Source: the human T2T-CHM13v2.0 reference genome, Homo sapiens. Taken from it: a stretch of 64,000 nt of DNA. The notes beneath the pieces were generated by a model. That model searched no databases. It was not told the DNA's origin and was given only the letters and a program-made list of their open reading frames with translations. The translations under genes and the position numbers were made by a program. The number at the start of each line of letters is the position of its first letter. The first letter of the stretch is position 1. Below, piece by piece: positions 1-12,200 of this stretch. The DNA is taken from assembly GCF_009914755.1 (NCBI RefSeq), contig NC_060929.1; one strand, 5' to 3'.

Positions 1-1160
1 AAGCATTTCATTGTGAAAGGGAAACAGAGCATAAAAGTTCAGAAAATTTGCAGCATGACAATGCAGTAGAAAAGGAAAACCCATTTTTTGAGGAGAAATT
101 CAAGCCGGCTGCAGAAATTTGCATGAGTAGCAAGGAGCCTAATGTTAATCCCCTAGACCATGGGGAAAATGTCTCCAGGCCATGTCGGAGACCTTCATGG
201 CAGACCTCCCATCACAGACCCAGAGGCCCAGGAGGAAAAATTGTTTTTCTGGGCCAGGCCCAGGGTCCCTGTGCTATATGCAGCCTAAGGACTTGGTGCT
301 CTATGTCCCAGCTGCTCCAGCTGTGGCTGAAAAGGGCCAACACAGAGCTCAGGCTGTGGCTTCAGAGGGTGGAAGCCCCAAGCCTTGGCAGCTTCCATAT
401 GGTATTGAGCCTGTGGGTGCACAAAAGTCAAGAACTGAGGTTTGGGAACCTCCGCCTAGATTTCGGAAGATGTACGGAAATGCCTGGATGCCCAGGCAAA
501 AGTTTGCTGCAGAGTTGGGGCCCTCATGGAGAACCTGTGCTAGGGCAGTGCAGAAAGGAAATGTGGGGTCAGAGCCCCCACACAGAGTCCCTGCTGGGGC
601 ACTGCCTAGTGAAGCTGTGAGAAGAGGGCCACTGTCCTCCAGACCCCAGAATGGTAGATCCACCAACAGCTTGCACTGTGCTGCTGGAAAAGCCGCAGTC
701 ACTCAATGCCAGCCCATGAAAGCAGACAGGAGGGAGACTGTACTCTGCAAAGCCTCAGAGTAGAGCCGCTCAAGACCATGGGAACCCACCTCTTCCATCA
801 GCGTGACCTGGATGTGAGACATGGAGTCAAAGGAGATCATTTTTGAGCTTTAAAGTTTGACTGCCCTGCGGCATTTCAGACTTGCATGGACCCTGTAATC
901 CTAATCCTATTGTTTTGTCCAATTTCTTCCATTTGGAACAGCTGTATTTACCCAATACCTGTTGTATCTAGGAAGTAACTAGCTTGCTTCTGATTTTACA
1001 GGCTTATAGGCAGAAAAGATTTGCCTTGTCTAAGGTAAGACTTTGGACTGTGGACTTTTGGGTTAATGCTGAAATGAATTAAGACTTTGGGGGACTGCTG
1101 AGAAGGCATTATTGGTTTTAAAATGTGAAGACATGAGATTTGGAGGGGCCAGGGCCAGAA
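1..1160 (+). mobile_element. THE1-type (ERVL-MaLR) internal sequence, 3' part, truncated by the window edge
   Basis: MaLR internal-like sequence carrying a decayed ORF (182-763). It ends in a purine-rich tract (GAGATTTGGAGGGGCCAGGGCCAGAA) directly before the LTR. Confidence 0.85.
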
Positions 1161-1514
1161 TGATATGGTTTGGCTGTGTCCCCACCCAAATCTCACCTTG
1201 AATTGTATCTCCCAGAATTCCCACAGGTTGTGGGAGGGACCCAGGGGGAGGTAATTGAATCATGGGGGCCAGTCTTTCCTGTGCTGTTCTCATGATAGTG
1301 CATAAGTCTCCTGAGATCTGAGGGGTTTATCAGAGGTTTCTGCTTTCGCTTCTTCCTCATTTTTCTCTTGCCGCCACCATGTAAGAAGAGTCTTTTGCCT
1401 CCTGCCATGATTTGGAGGGCTCCCATACATGTGGAACTGTAAGTCCAATTAAACCTCTTTTTGTTTCCAGTTTCAGATATGTCTTTATCAGCAGCATGAA
1501 AACAAACTAATACA
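1161..1514 (+). mobile_element. THE1 3' LTR
   Basis: Starts TGATATGGTTTGGCTGTGTCCCCACCCAAATCTC and ends AAACTAATACA (TG...CA). About 354 bp, with an ATTAAA polyA signal. Confidence 0.9.
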
Positions 1515-2202
1515 GTGTCCAAGTGAAAGGAAAAGTCACATGTCTCTCACTTTAAATTAATTAAGCTTAGTGAGGAAGGCATGTTGAAAGCCAATATAGG
1601 CTAAAAGCTAGGCCTCTTGCACCAAAGAGTTATCCAAGTTGTGAATGCAAAGGAAAAGTTATTGAAGGAAATTAAAAGTCTACTCCAGTGAATACATAAG
1701 TTATTAAAAAAAAAAAAGTGACACAGCCTTAGTGCTGATATGGAGAAAGTTTGAGTGGTCTGGATAGAAAATCAAACCAACCACAACATTTTCTTAAGCC
1801 AAAGCCTAATCCAGAGCAAGGCCCTGACTCTCTTCAGTTTTATGTAAGCTGAGAGAGAAAGCTACAGAAGAAATGTTGGAAGCTAGCAGAGGTTGGAAAT
1901 TTAAGAAGCCATCTGTGTAATAACATAAAAGTACAAGATGAACCAGCAGGTGCTAATTTAGAAGGTGCAGAAAGTTATCCAGAAGATATAGCTAAGATCA
2001 GTGATGAAGATTACTAAACAACAGATTTTCAGTATAGATAAAATAGCCTTCTATTGGAAGAATACGTCAATAGAAGATCTAAGACTTTCATAGTTAGAAA
2101 GAAAAAGTCAATGCTGGGCTTTAAGACTTCAAAACTTCAAAGGGAAGGCTGATCCTTTTTTTATGAGTTGATGAAGTTGGTGACTTTAAGTTGAAGCCAT
2201 TC

Positions 2203-3365
2203 TCCCCAGCCTTGCTAGAGAAACCAAAAGTCAAATTCAGGAAATACAGAGAACCCCTGCAAGATTCTACACAAGAAGATCATACCCCAGACACATAATC
2301 ATCAGATTTTCCAAAGTCAAAATAAAAGAAAGAATGTTAAAATCAGCTAGAGAGCAAGGGCAGGTCACCTACAAAAGGAACCCCATCGGGCCAACAACAG
2401 ACCTCTCAGCTAAAACCCTATAAGCCAGAAGAGATTGGGGGCCTATATTCAACATTCTTAAAGAAACAAATCTTCAACCAAGAATTTCATATCCAGCTGA
2501 ACTAAGTTTCCTATGTGAAGGAGAAAGAAGATTCAGAGAAGCAAATGTGGGAGTTTGTTAGTACCAGACCTCCCTTATAAGAGATCTTGAAAGGAGCACT
2601 AAATATAGAAAGGAAAGACAGCTACCATCTAATACTAAAACACACTTAAATACACAGACCAGTGACACTATAAAGCAACCACAAAAGCAAGCCAGCATAA
2701 CCAGCTAACAACACAATGACACTATCAAGTTCACACATATCAATACTAACCCTGAATGTAAATGGGCTAAATGCCTCACTTAAAAGGCACAGAGTGGCAA
2801 GCTGGATAAAAAAGAAAGACCCAATGGTATCCTGTCTTCAATAGACCCATCTCACATAGCCTCAAAATAAAGGGGTGGAGGAAAATCTACCAGGCAAATG
2901 GAAAACAGGAAAAAGCAGGGGTTGCAATCCTAATTTCAGACAAACAGACTTTAAACCAACAAAGATCAAAAAAGACAAAGAAGGGCATTACATAATGGTA
3001 AACGGTTCAATTCAACAAGAAGACCTAACTACCCTAAATGTATATGTACCCAACACAAGAGCACTGTATTCATAAGGCAAGGTCTTAGATACCTACAAAG
3101 AGACATAGACTCCCTCACAATATTAGTGGGAGACTTCAACACTCCACTGACAGTATTAGATCATCAAGGCAGAAAATTAACAAAGACATTTAGGACCTGA
3201 ACTCAACATTGGACTAAATGGATCTGATAGACCTTTACAGAACTCTCCACCTAAAAATAACAAAATATACATTCTTCTCATCACCACGTGGCACATACTC
3301 TAAGATTGATCACATAATTGGAAACAAAACAATCCTCAGCAAATGCAAAAGAACTGAAATCATAC
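2203..3365 (+). mobile_element. Internal L1 (primate L1P-type) fragment covering the ORF1 C-terminus to the ORF2 endonuclease domain
   Basis: Contains CAAATTCAGGAAATACAGAGAAC (ORF1), the ORF2 start ATG at 2716 (SHISILTLNVNGLNA) and QTDFKPTKIKKDKEGHYIMV in ORF 2875-3075. No polyA tail. Confidence 0.9.
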
Positions 3366-4530
3366 AATTTCAAAAATCAGAGGGCCCTTAAGAATTATGC
3401 TAAATCTACTCTGTCTATACTCTATAAATGGAACACAATACATGTGTAATAGTACACCTGTTTACAGTATGGCTTGCTGAATATTTTAAGGCCACAGTTG
3501 AGACCTCCTGCACAGAAAAAAAAGATTTTTTTCTAAATATTAGTCCTCATTGAGAAAGCACCCAGTGACCAAAGGGCTCTGATGGAGATGTACAAGGAGG
3601 TTAATGTAGTTTTCGTGCCTGTTAACACAATGTCCATTCTGCAGCCTATGTATCAAGGAGTAATTTTGGCCTTTAAGTCTTATTATTTAAGAAATACATC
3701 TTGTAAGGCTATAGTTGCCATAGATAGTCATTCTTCTGATGGATCTAAGAAAAATACATTAAAAACCTTATGGAAAGGATTTACCATCCTAGATACCATT
3801 AAAAACATTTATGATTCATAGGAGGAGGTCAAAATATCAACCTTAACAGCAGTTTAGAAGAAGTTGATTCCAATTCTCATAGATTACTTTGAATTGATTC
3901 AAGACTTCAGTGGAGAAAGCCGCTGCAAGTGTAGTGGAAATAGCAAGAAAACTTGAATTAGAAGTGGAGCCTGAAGATGTGACTGAATTGCTACAGTCTC
4001 ATGATAAAACTTGAACAGATGAGGAATCACTTCTTATGGATGAACAAAAAAATAGTTTCTTGAGATGGAATCTACTCCTGGTGAAGATGCCATGAACACT
4101 GTTGAAATGGCAAAAGATTTAGAATATGACATAAACTTAGTTGATAAAGCAGCAGCCAGATTTGAGAAGATTGACTCCAATTTTAAAAGAAGTTCTGTGG
4201 GTAAAATGCTGTCAAGGAGTATCACATGCTACACAGAAATCTTTTATGAAAGGAAGAATCAATCAGTGTGTCAAACTTTACTGTTGCCTTATTTTAAGAA
4301 ATTATCACAGCCACCCCAGACTTCAGCAACCACCACCATGATCACTCAGAAGGTGTCAACATTGAGACAAGACTCTCCACCGGCAAAAAGATTATGACTC
4401 ACTAAAGGCTCAGATGATGATTAGCATTTTTAGCAATAAAGTATTTTTAAATTAAAGTATATACATTGTGCTCTTTTTAGACATAATGCTCTTGCACACT
4501 TACTAGACTACAACAGATTATACACGTAAC

Positions 4531-4826
<296 letters not shown>

Positions 4827-5559
4827 AGACATAACTTTTATATACAGTAGGAAACCAAAAAATTGTGTGGCTTGCTTTATTGAGATATTTGCTTCATTGC
4901 AGTGGTCCGGAACTGAACTGCAGTATCTTCAAGGTATGTCTGTATTCAAGTTTATATTTTGGCATACATTCTTCTTTACTTGTTAAAATCATGGTCACCT
5001 CATTATTATATGACTGATCAGAATTTGCAGGGTTGCTTTGACCATATACCATTGTTCTACAACTACGCAGATGTCTGAGTCCTAAAGGTGAATCTGTCTG
5101 GCCAGTTCTGGGTTTAACGGCCTATATAAAAAGTAGATGTTACACACCTTGTATAACTGAAGCGCCCTATCACGGACACAGCTTAACTCTTGGGTGGGTC
5201 ACTTAGTCTGCTTGGTTGAGGTTTCAGTGCTTTTCACATCTACAGAAATGTCCTATTTGTCTAAGGCAATTTTATGAAGTAAATTTACTCTTGTCATCCT
5301 TTCCAACCTGAAAATAGAGGATATATAATTTTTAGCATTCCATTATTACCTAGGGGATGGTCTTCAGTCATTCTTCCCTGAATTTATTACACTGGCCCTA
5401 TCTTCTTCACCTGAAATAAGTTAAATGTAGAATTAGCACTAAAGAGAAATAGAATGAACTTCTTCCGGAATGGGAATAGGAAATGAAAGAGAGTAAATCA
5501 GAAGTGAATCACTTCTTTTTTTTTTTTTTTTTTTTTTTTGCTTTGCAAATCTATATTTT

Positions 5560-5720
5560 TTTCCAGCTTTATTTAGGTATGATCAGCAAATAAAAGTTGT
5601 ATATATTCAAGGTGTATGACATGATGATTTGATATATGTGTACATTTTATAATGATCACCATGATCAAATTAATTAACACATCCTTCACCACACAGTTAC
5701 CATTTGTGTGTGTGTGTGCA
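5560..5720 (-). mobile_element. Old L1M 3' end fragment
   Basis: CAGCTTTATTTAGGTATGAT...TGTATATATTCAAGGTGTATGACATGATG is typical of an antisense L1M 3' terminus. Confidence 0.6.
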
Positions 5721-6502
5721 AGAGGAGGTAAGGGAGTTTAATCATTTTTGAACACTAGCTACAACATAATTCAATTAAAATTCTGAGAAAGAAGAAAAAT
5801 TGTCATGCAGCTGTTTAATTTTAGAAGCATTAACTGACAAAATCCAAGTCTTATGATGAATACTCAGTCAAATTTTCATGAATGAATGGGAGCCTTTACC
5901 TCTGAAATTGTTGTCATGGAAGAAAACACTAACACTGTCTTACACAGTAATTCAAGTTACCAATTGAGTTAAAGTAGCAAGATGAGCCATGGTTGTAATT
6001 GAGAATGGCAACTATGGTGTTCTTATCTAATCTGCTACCTAGTTTGCCTTTTTGCTCTAAAATGGTGACTATGTTAGAATTCAAAGAATAAAAGGCCTTT
6101 ATCCTTTCAGGGGAAATACAAGTAACAAGCTTAATTTTTTTTTTCTTAACACTGATGAAACTCATTTGGGGCTGTGGAAATTGCTGCTAGCATTGAACCT
6201 CTTATTAACATTCAAGGTGTGCCAGTTTTGCACAAGCTGTGTCATATTCAGAGATAGATTGTTGGCACAAACTAAGGCACTTATTCTCTTGTTTTTTCAC
6301 TTCTTTCAATAAGAACAGATAAATATACTATTTCTAGATAAGCAGTTGAAACTGTTCTGCTCATCTCTTTGGAATAGGTTTGTGGGGGTATCACTGTATG
6401 ACATGCCGAAGAAATATACAAGGGAAATGCTCCCGCATACATTGAGATATAAATGAATGCCTATTTTAGAATACGTCATTTCTTAAAAGTAAAATAAGTT
6501 TT

Positions 6503-6814
<312 letters not shown>

Positions 6815-6994
6815 TTAAAGTCACTGATTCTGTTTCTAAGGAATTCTCAGCTGGGGCTTCTGAGTCAATTCTCGATGGTTAGAACTTATGAGTAGCAGAA
6901 AAAGAAAACTACTATGGATTTTCTCTACAATGATTTGAGACAGTGAATGGGGCTTTCTGGCAGGTTAGCAGTTAGGAACTCAGATGACCATAGA

Positions 6995-7100
6995 CTTTTT
7001 TTTTTTAGAGTGGGTCTCGGTCTCACTCTATCACCCAAGCTGGAGTGCCGTGGTGTAATCATAGCTCCCTGAAGCCTCGACCTGGGCTCAAGCAATCCAC
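6995..7100 (-). mobile_element. Old Alu (AluJ/monomer) fragment
   Basis: PolyT followed by TCTCACTCTATCACCCAAGCTGGAGTG...GGGCTCAAGCAATCC. Confidence 0.7.
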
Positions 7101-7889
7101 AGATTTTTGAAGTTCACCCTGGATTGTTGTGTTCTACACAGAGGTTCCACCTTTTGCTGCCTTTTATGGTTACTATATTATTATTTTGATGTTTCTTAAC
7201 CAGCTGAATCACATTGTAGTATATGAAATATGTTTTGGCTCTTGTTTTAATGGTTATTTGCTAGCAGATTTCACAATGGCCCAATGAAACAACCCATTCA
7301 TTGCTATTTGTTGCAATTCATGGTGACTAAACATGACTCCATGGTACGGCTCACCAAAGTCTTGGTTTATGTGTGACTTCCAGGGGAGAGAGATTGAGAA
7401 CCATCTGTTAATCATTTTGTCCCTAAACTAGAGTTTTTCAATGGAGTACTTGGGCAGTTGAATTAGTATGTTTCTCGTAGGCTAGTGAGAAAAATAGCTT
7501 TTTTTTTTTTTGGCATTAATCAGACTGCTGACCCACATCTCTGGGAATACTTGTGACAAGATCCAGCCTGACAATATCACATATGATTTGCTTTTCTTCT
7601 TGGAAGGGACACATTGTGGCTTTTCTCTGGAATCTGTGAAGAAAATGCTCCTGAGCCTAGAAACTGGAACTGAGAAAGCTCTTCCTGATCATATAACAAT
7701 AAGTCTTGTGAGGGTCAACCCTTGAGCCATGAGGGCAGCTTGAAGGAACATGGGGTTGAGAGTCAAGTCATCAGAACTTCTGTTTATTTTTCTGTGTAAT
7801 ATTTAGGGACTTGTTATGTTTAACTCTAGGCAAAGGTATAGATTTGGAGGTCTTTGATATAGATGATAGATAGATAGATAGATAGATGA

Positions 7890-9170
7890 AATATATTTTA
7901 GCATACAAAGGAGGCTACAATACACACTCATGTACCTGTCACTCCAATGAATTCATCAAATGTAAACATTTTCCCCAAATCTGCTTCTTAGCTGTTATTC
8001 GTAAAGAAACAAATTGTACAGAAAAATTTGAAGGCCCCCGTTTTACCTTCCCCAGTCTCATTATTTTCTCTGCCACCCCAGAGAAAACAACTGTCTTGCA
8101 TAGGTATTTATATAATTCTGTTTTATACTTTGCCACTTTTACTACATATATGAAGCATGCTTGTTACATACATGAACATAAAATATACATGTTTTACTGT
8201 AAGTGTGGAATGTATTCTAGAATTTGCTACTTTTACTACAAATATTTTATTTTCAGAATTTACCCTTGTTATTATATAACCCTAGTTCATTTTTTAATTG
8301 CCATATATTACTCCATCTTATGAAAATACCACAATTTATTTATTCCCATACTAATCAGAATTTGAATTGATACAATTTTTAATTAAAATTAATAATGCTG
8401 AAAGAAATGTTCTTTTTATACATTTCCCTCAGGGTGCATGTGATAGAGTTCTTCTCACATATATATCAGTGTACTTGCTGTGTCTTAGGATATGTACAAT
8501 TGCATGTCTATTAGATATGCCAAATTGCTCTGCAAAGTACTCATACCAGTTTCCACTCCTACCAGCAATGAATGAGAACTTTGTTTCGCAGGTCATTGCC
8601 AACACTTGATTATTATCAGATTTAATTATTTGCCAGTTGATGGATGTGAATTGCTCTATCACTGTTTTAATATTCATTACTTTGATTATTTATAACATTA
8701 GGTATACTTTTCATAGGGCCATTTAAATTTCCTCTCATCTGAATTGCCTATTTCTCCTCTTCGTTGATTCTTCTATTATCTTTTCTTCTCTTTATTAATT
8801 TATAGAAATGTATGTGTGATCCTAATATGTGTCATAATATCTATGTTCATATTTCATATATAAATATAATGAAATACTTGTCTCTGTTATATATAGGTTG
8901 AAAAGTTTGCTCCCTATCTGCTGATTGCATTTTAATTTTGTTCATGGCATCTTTTAACACACGTGATTTTTAATTTTGATATAGTTAATATTTTTTATTA
9001 CTCTAGATTTTGAGAATTGCTCAAGAAATGACTTTATTTTGCATAGTCATATGCTCTAATTTTTTTAATCTACTTACAATAGTTTTATGTTAAATATGTC
9101 AACCTTTGTTTCACCCGGAATTTTTTATATGTATGGTATAAAGCATAAATCAATTTTTTTTACTATTGAG
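7890..9170 (-). mobile_element. Ancient L1M(E)-like fragments
   Basis: Degenerate antisense L1 motifs such as ACCACAATTTATTTATTC and ACCAGTTTCCACTCCTACCAGCAATGAATGAGA. Similar sequence resumes at about 15085-15610, after the younger L1. Confidence 0.55.
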
Positions 9171-9204
9171 AATGCTTTTATTATATTATATCTTATTCTA
9201 TTCT

Positions 9205-12200
9205 ATTTTTATTTTTCCATAAGTTATTGGGGTACAGGTGGTATTTGGTTACTTTAGTGGTGATTTGTGAGATTCTAGTGCACCCATCACCCAAGCAGTA
9301 TACACTGCACCATATTTGTTTTCTTTTATCCCTCATCCCCCTCCCACCCTTCCCCCAAAGTCCCCAAATTCCATTGTATCATTCTTATGCCTTTGCATCC
9401 TCATAGCTTAGCCCCCACATATCAGTGAGAACATATCATGTTTGGTTTTCCATTCCTGAGTTACTTCACTTAGAATAATAGTCTCCAGTCTCATCCAAGT
9501 CACTGCCATTAATTCATTCCTTTCTATGGTTGAGTAGTATTCCATCATATATATATAGTATATGTATGTATATATATGTACGTATGTATATATGTATATA
9601 TGTAAGTATATATGTACGTATGTATATATGTATGTATATATATGTACATATGTATATATGTATGTATATATATGTACATGTGTATATATGTATGTATATA
9701 TGTACATGTGTATATGTGTATGTATGTATATATGTACATGTGTATATGTGTATATATGTATATATGTACATGTGTATATGTGTATATATGTATGTATATA
9801 TGTACATGTGTATATGTGTATATATGTATGTATATATGTACATGTGTATATGTGTATATATGTATGTATATATGTACATGTGTATATGTGTATATATGTA
9901 TGTATATATGTACATATGTATATGTGTATATATGTATGTATATATGTACATATGTATATATGTATATATGTATGTATATATACTATAGTTTCTTTATCCA
10001 CTCGTTGATTGATGAGCATTTGGGTTGGTTCCATGATTTTTCAATTGCAAATTGTGCTGCTATAAATGTGTGCAAGTATCTTTTTCTTATAATGACTTCT
10101 TTCCTCTGGGTAGATACCCAGTAGTGAGATTGCTGAATCAAATCATAGTTCTACTTTTAGTTCTTTAAGGAATCTCCACGCTCTTTTCCATAGTGGCTGT
10201 ACTAGTTTACATTCCCACCAGCAGTGTAGAAGTGTTCCCTGATCACCGCATTCATGCCAACATCTACTGTTTTATTATTTTTTTTTTTATTATGGCCATC
10301 CTTGCAGGAGCAACATGGTATCACATTGTGGTTTTGATTGCATTTCCCTTATCATTAGTGATATTGAGCATTTTTTCACATATTTCTTGGCCATTTGTAT
10401 ATCTTCTTTTGAGAATTGCCTTAGCCCACTTTTTGATGAGATTGCTTGTTTTTTTATTTTCTTATTGATTTGTTTGAGTTTGTTATAGATTCCAGATATT
10501 AGTCCTTTTTCAGACGTATAGATTGTGAAGATTTTTCTCCTACTCTGTGGGTTGCCCATTTACTCTGCTGACTGTTCCTTTTGCTGTCCAAAAGCTCTTT
10601 AGTTTAAGTCCCAACTATTTATCTTTTGTTTTTATTTCATTTGCTTTTGCGTTCTTGGTCATGAAATCCTTGCCTAAGCCAATGTCTAGAAGAGTTTTTC
10701 CAATGTTATCTTCTAGTATTTTTATAGTTTCACGTTTTAGATTTAAGTCCTTAATCCATCCTGAGTAGATTTTTTGTATGAGGTAAGAGATGAGGATCCA
10801 GTTTTATTCTCGTATATGTGACTAGCCAATTATCCAAGCACCATTTGTTGAAAAGGTGTCCTTTCCCCACTTTATGTTTTTGTTTGCTTTGTCTAAAATC
10901 AGTTGGCTGTAATATTTGGATTTATTTCTGGGTTCAATATTCTGTTCCATTGGTCTATGTGCCTATTTTCATACCAATACCATGCTGTTTTGGTGACTAT
11001 GGCCTTAGAGTATAGTTTGAAATCAGGCAGTGTGATTCCTCCAGATTTGTTCTTTTTCCTTATTTCTTGCTTTGGATATGCAGGCTCTTTTTTGGTTCCA
11101 TAAGAATTTTAGAATTGTTTTTTCTAATTCTGTGAAGAATGATGGTGGTATTTTGAAGGAGAAGGTTTTGAATTTGTAGGTTGCTTTTGGCAGTGTGATC
11201 GTTTTCACAATATTGATTCTACCTATCCATGAGCATGGGATGTGTTTCCATTTGTTTGGTCATCTACGATTTCTTTCAGCAGTGTTTTGTAGTTTTCCTT
11301 GTCAAGGTCTTTCAACTCTTTTGTTAAGTATATTCCTAAGTATTTTATTTTTTATTTTTTTGGCAGCAATTGTAAAAGGGGTTGAGTTCTTGATTTGATT
11401 CTCTGCTTGGTCGCTGCTGGTGTATAGAAGAGCTACTGATTTGTGTACATTAATCTTGTATCTGGACATGTTGCTGAATTCTTTTATCAGTTCTGGGAAC
11501 TTTCTGGAGGATTCTTCAGGGTTTTCAAGTTAAATGATCATATCATCAGCAGACAGTGACAGTTTGACTTCCTTTTTACCAATTTGGATGCTCTTTATTT
11601 CTTTCTCTCATCTGATTGCTCTGGCTAGGACTCCCAGTACTATGTTGAAGAGGAGTGGCGAGAGTGGGCATCCTTGTCCTGTCCCAGTTTCCAGAGGGAA
11701 TGCTTTCAACTTTTCCCCATTCAGTATTATGTTGGTTGTGGGTTTGTCATAAATGGCTTTTATTACATTGAGGTATGCCCCTTGTATGCCAATTTTGCTG
11801 AGAGTTTTAATCTGAAAGGGATGCTGGATTTTGTCAAATGCTTTTTCTGCATCTTTTGAGAGGATCATGTGATTTTTGTTTTTAATTCTGTTTATGTGGT
11901 GTATCACATTTATTGACTTGCATATGTTAAACCATCTCTGTGCCCCTGGTATGAAACCCACTTGGTCATGGTGGATTATCTTTTTGATATGTTGTCAGAT
12001 TCAGTTAGCTAGTATTTTGTTAAAGAGTTTAGCATCTATGTTTATCAAGGATATCGGTCTGTAGTTTTCTTTTTTGGTTATGTCCTTTCCTGGTTTTGGT
12101 ATTAGGGTGATGCTGGCTTCATAGAATGGATTAGGGAGGGTTCCCTCTTTCTCTATCTTGTGGAATAGCATCAAAAGGATTGGTATCAATTCTTCTTTGA

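Noticed and set aside
48-763. 190- and 193-aa ORFs
   Set aside because: They lie inside the THE1/MaLR internal sequence and are a decayed retroelement ORF and its alternative frame.
9408-10124. Several 145-208-aa ORFs on both strands
   Set aside because: Artefact of a stop-free TA/TG repeat inside an L1.
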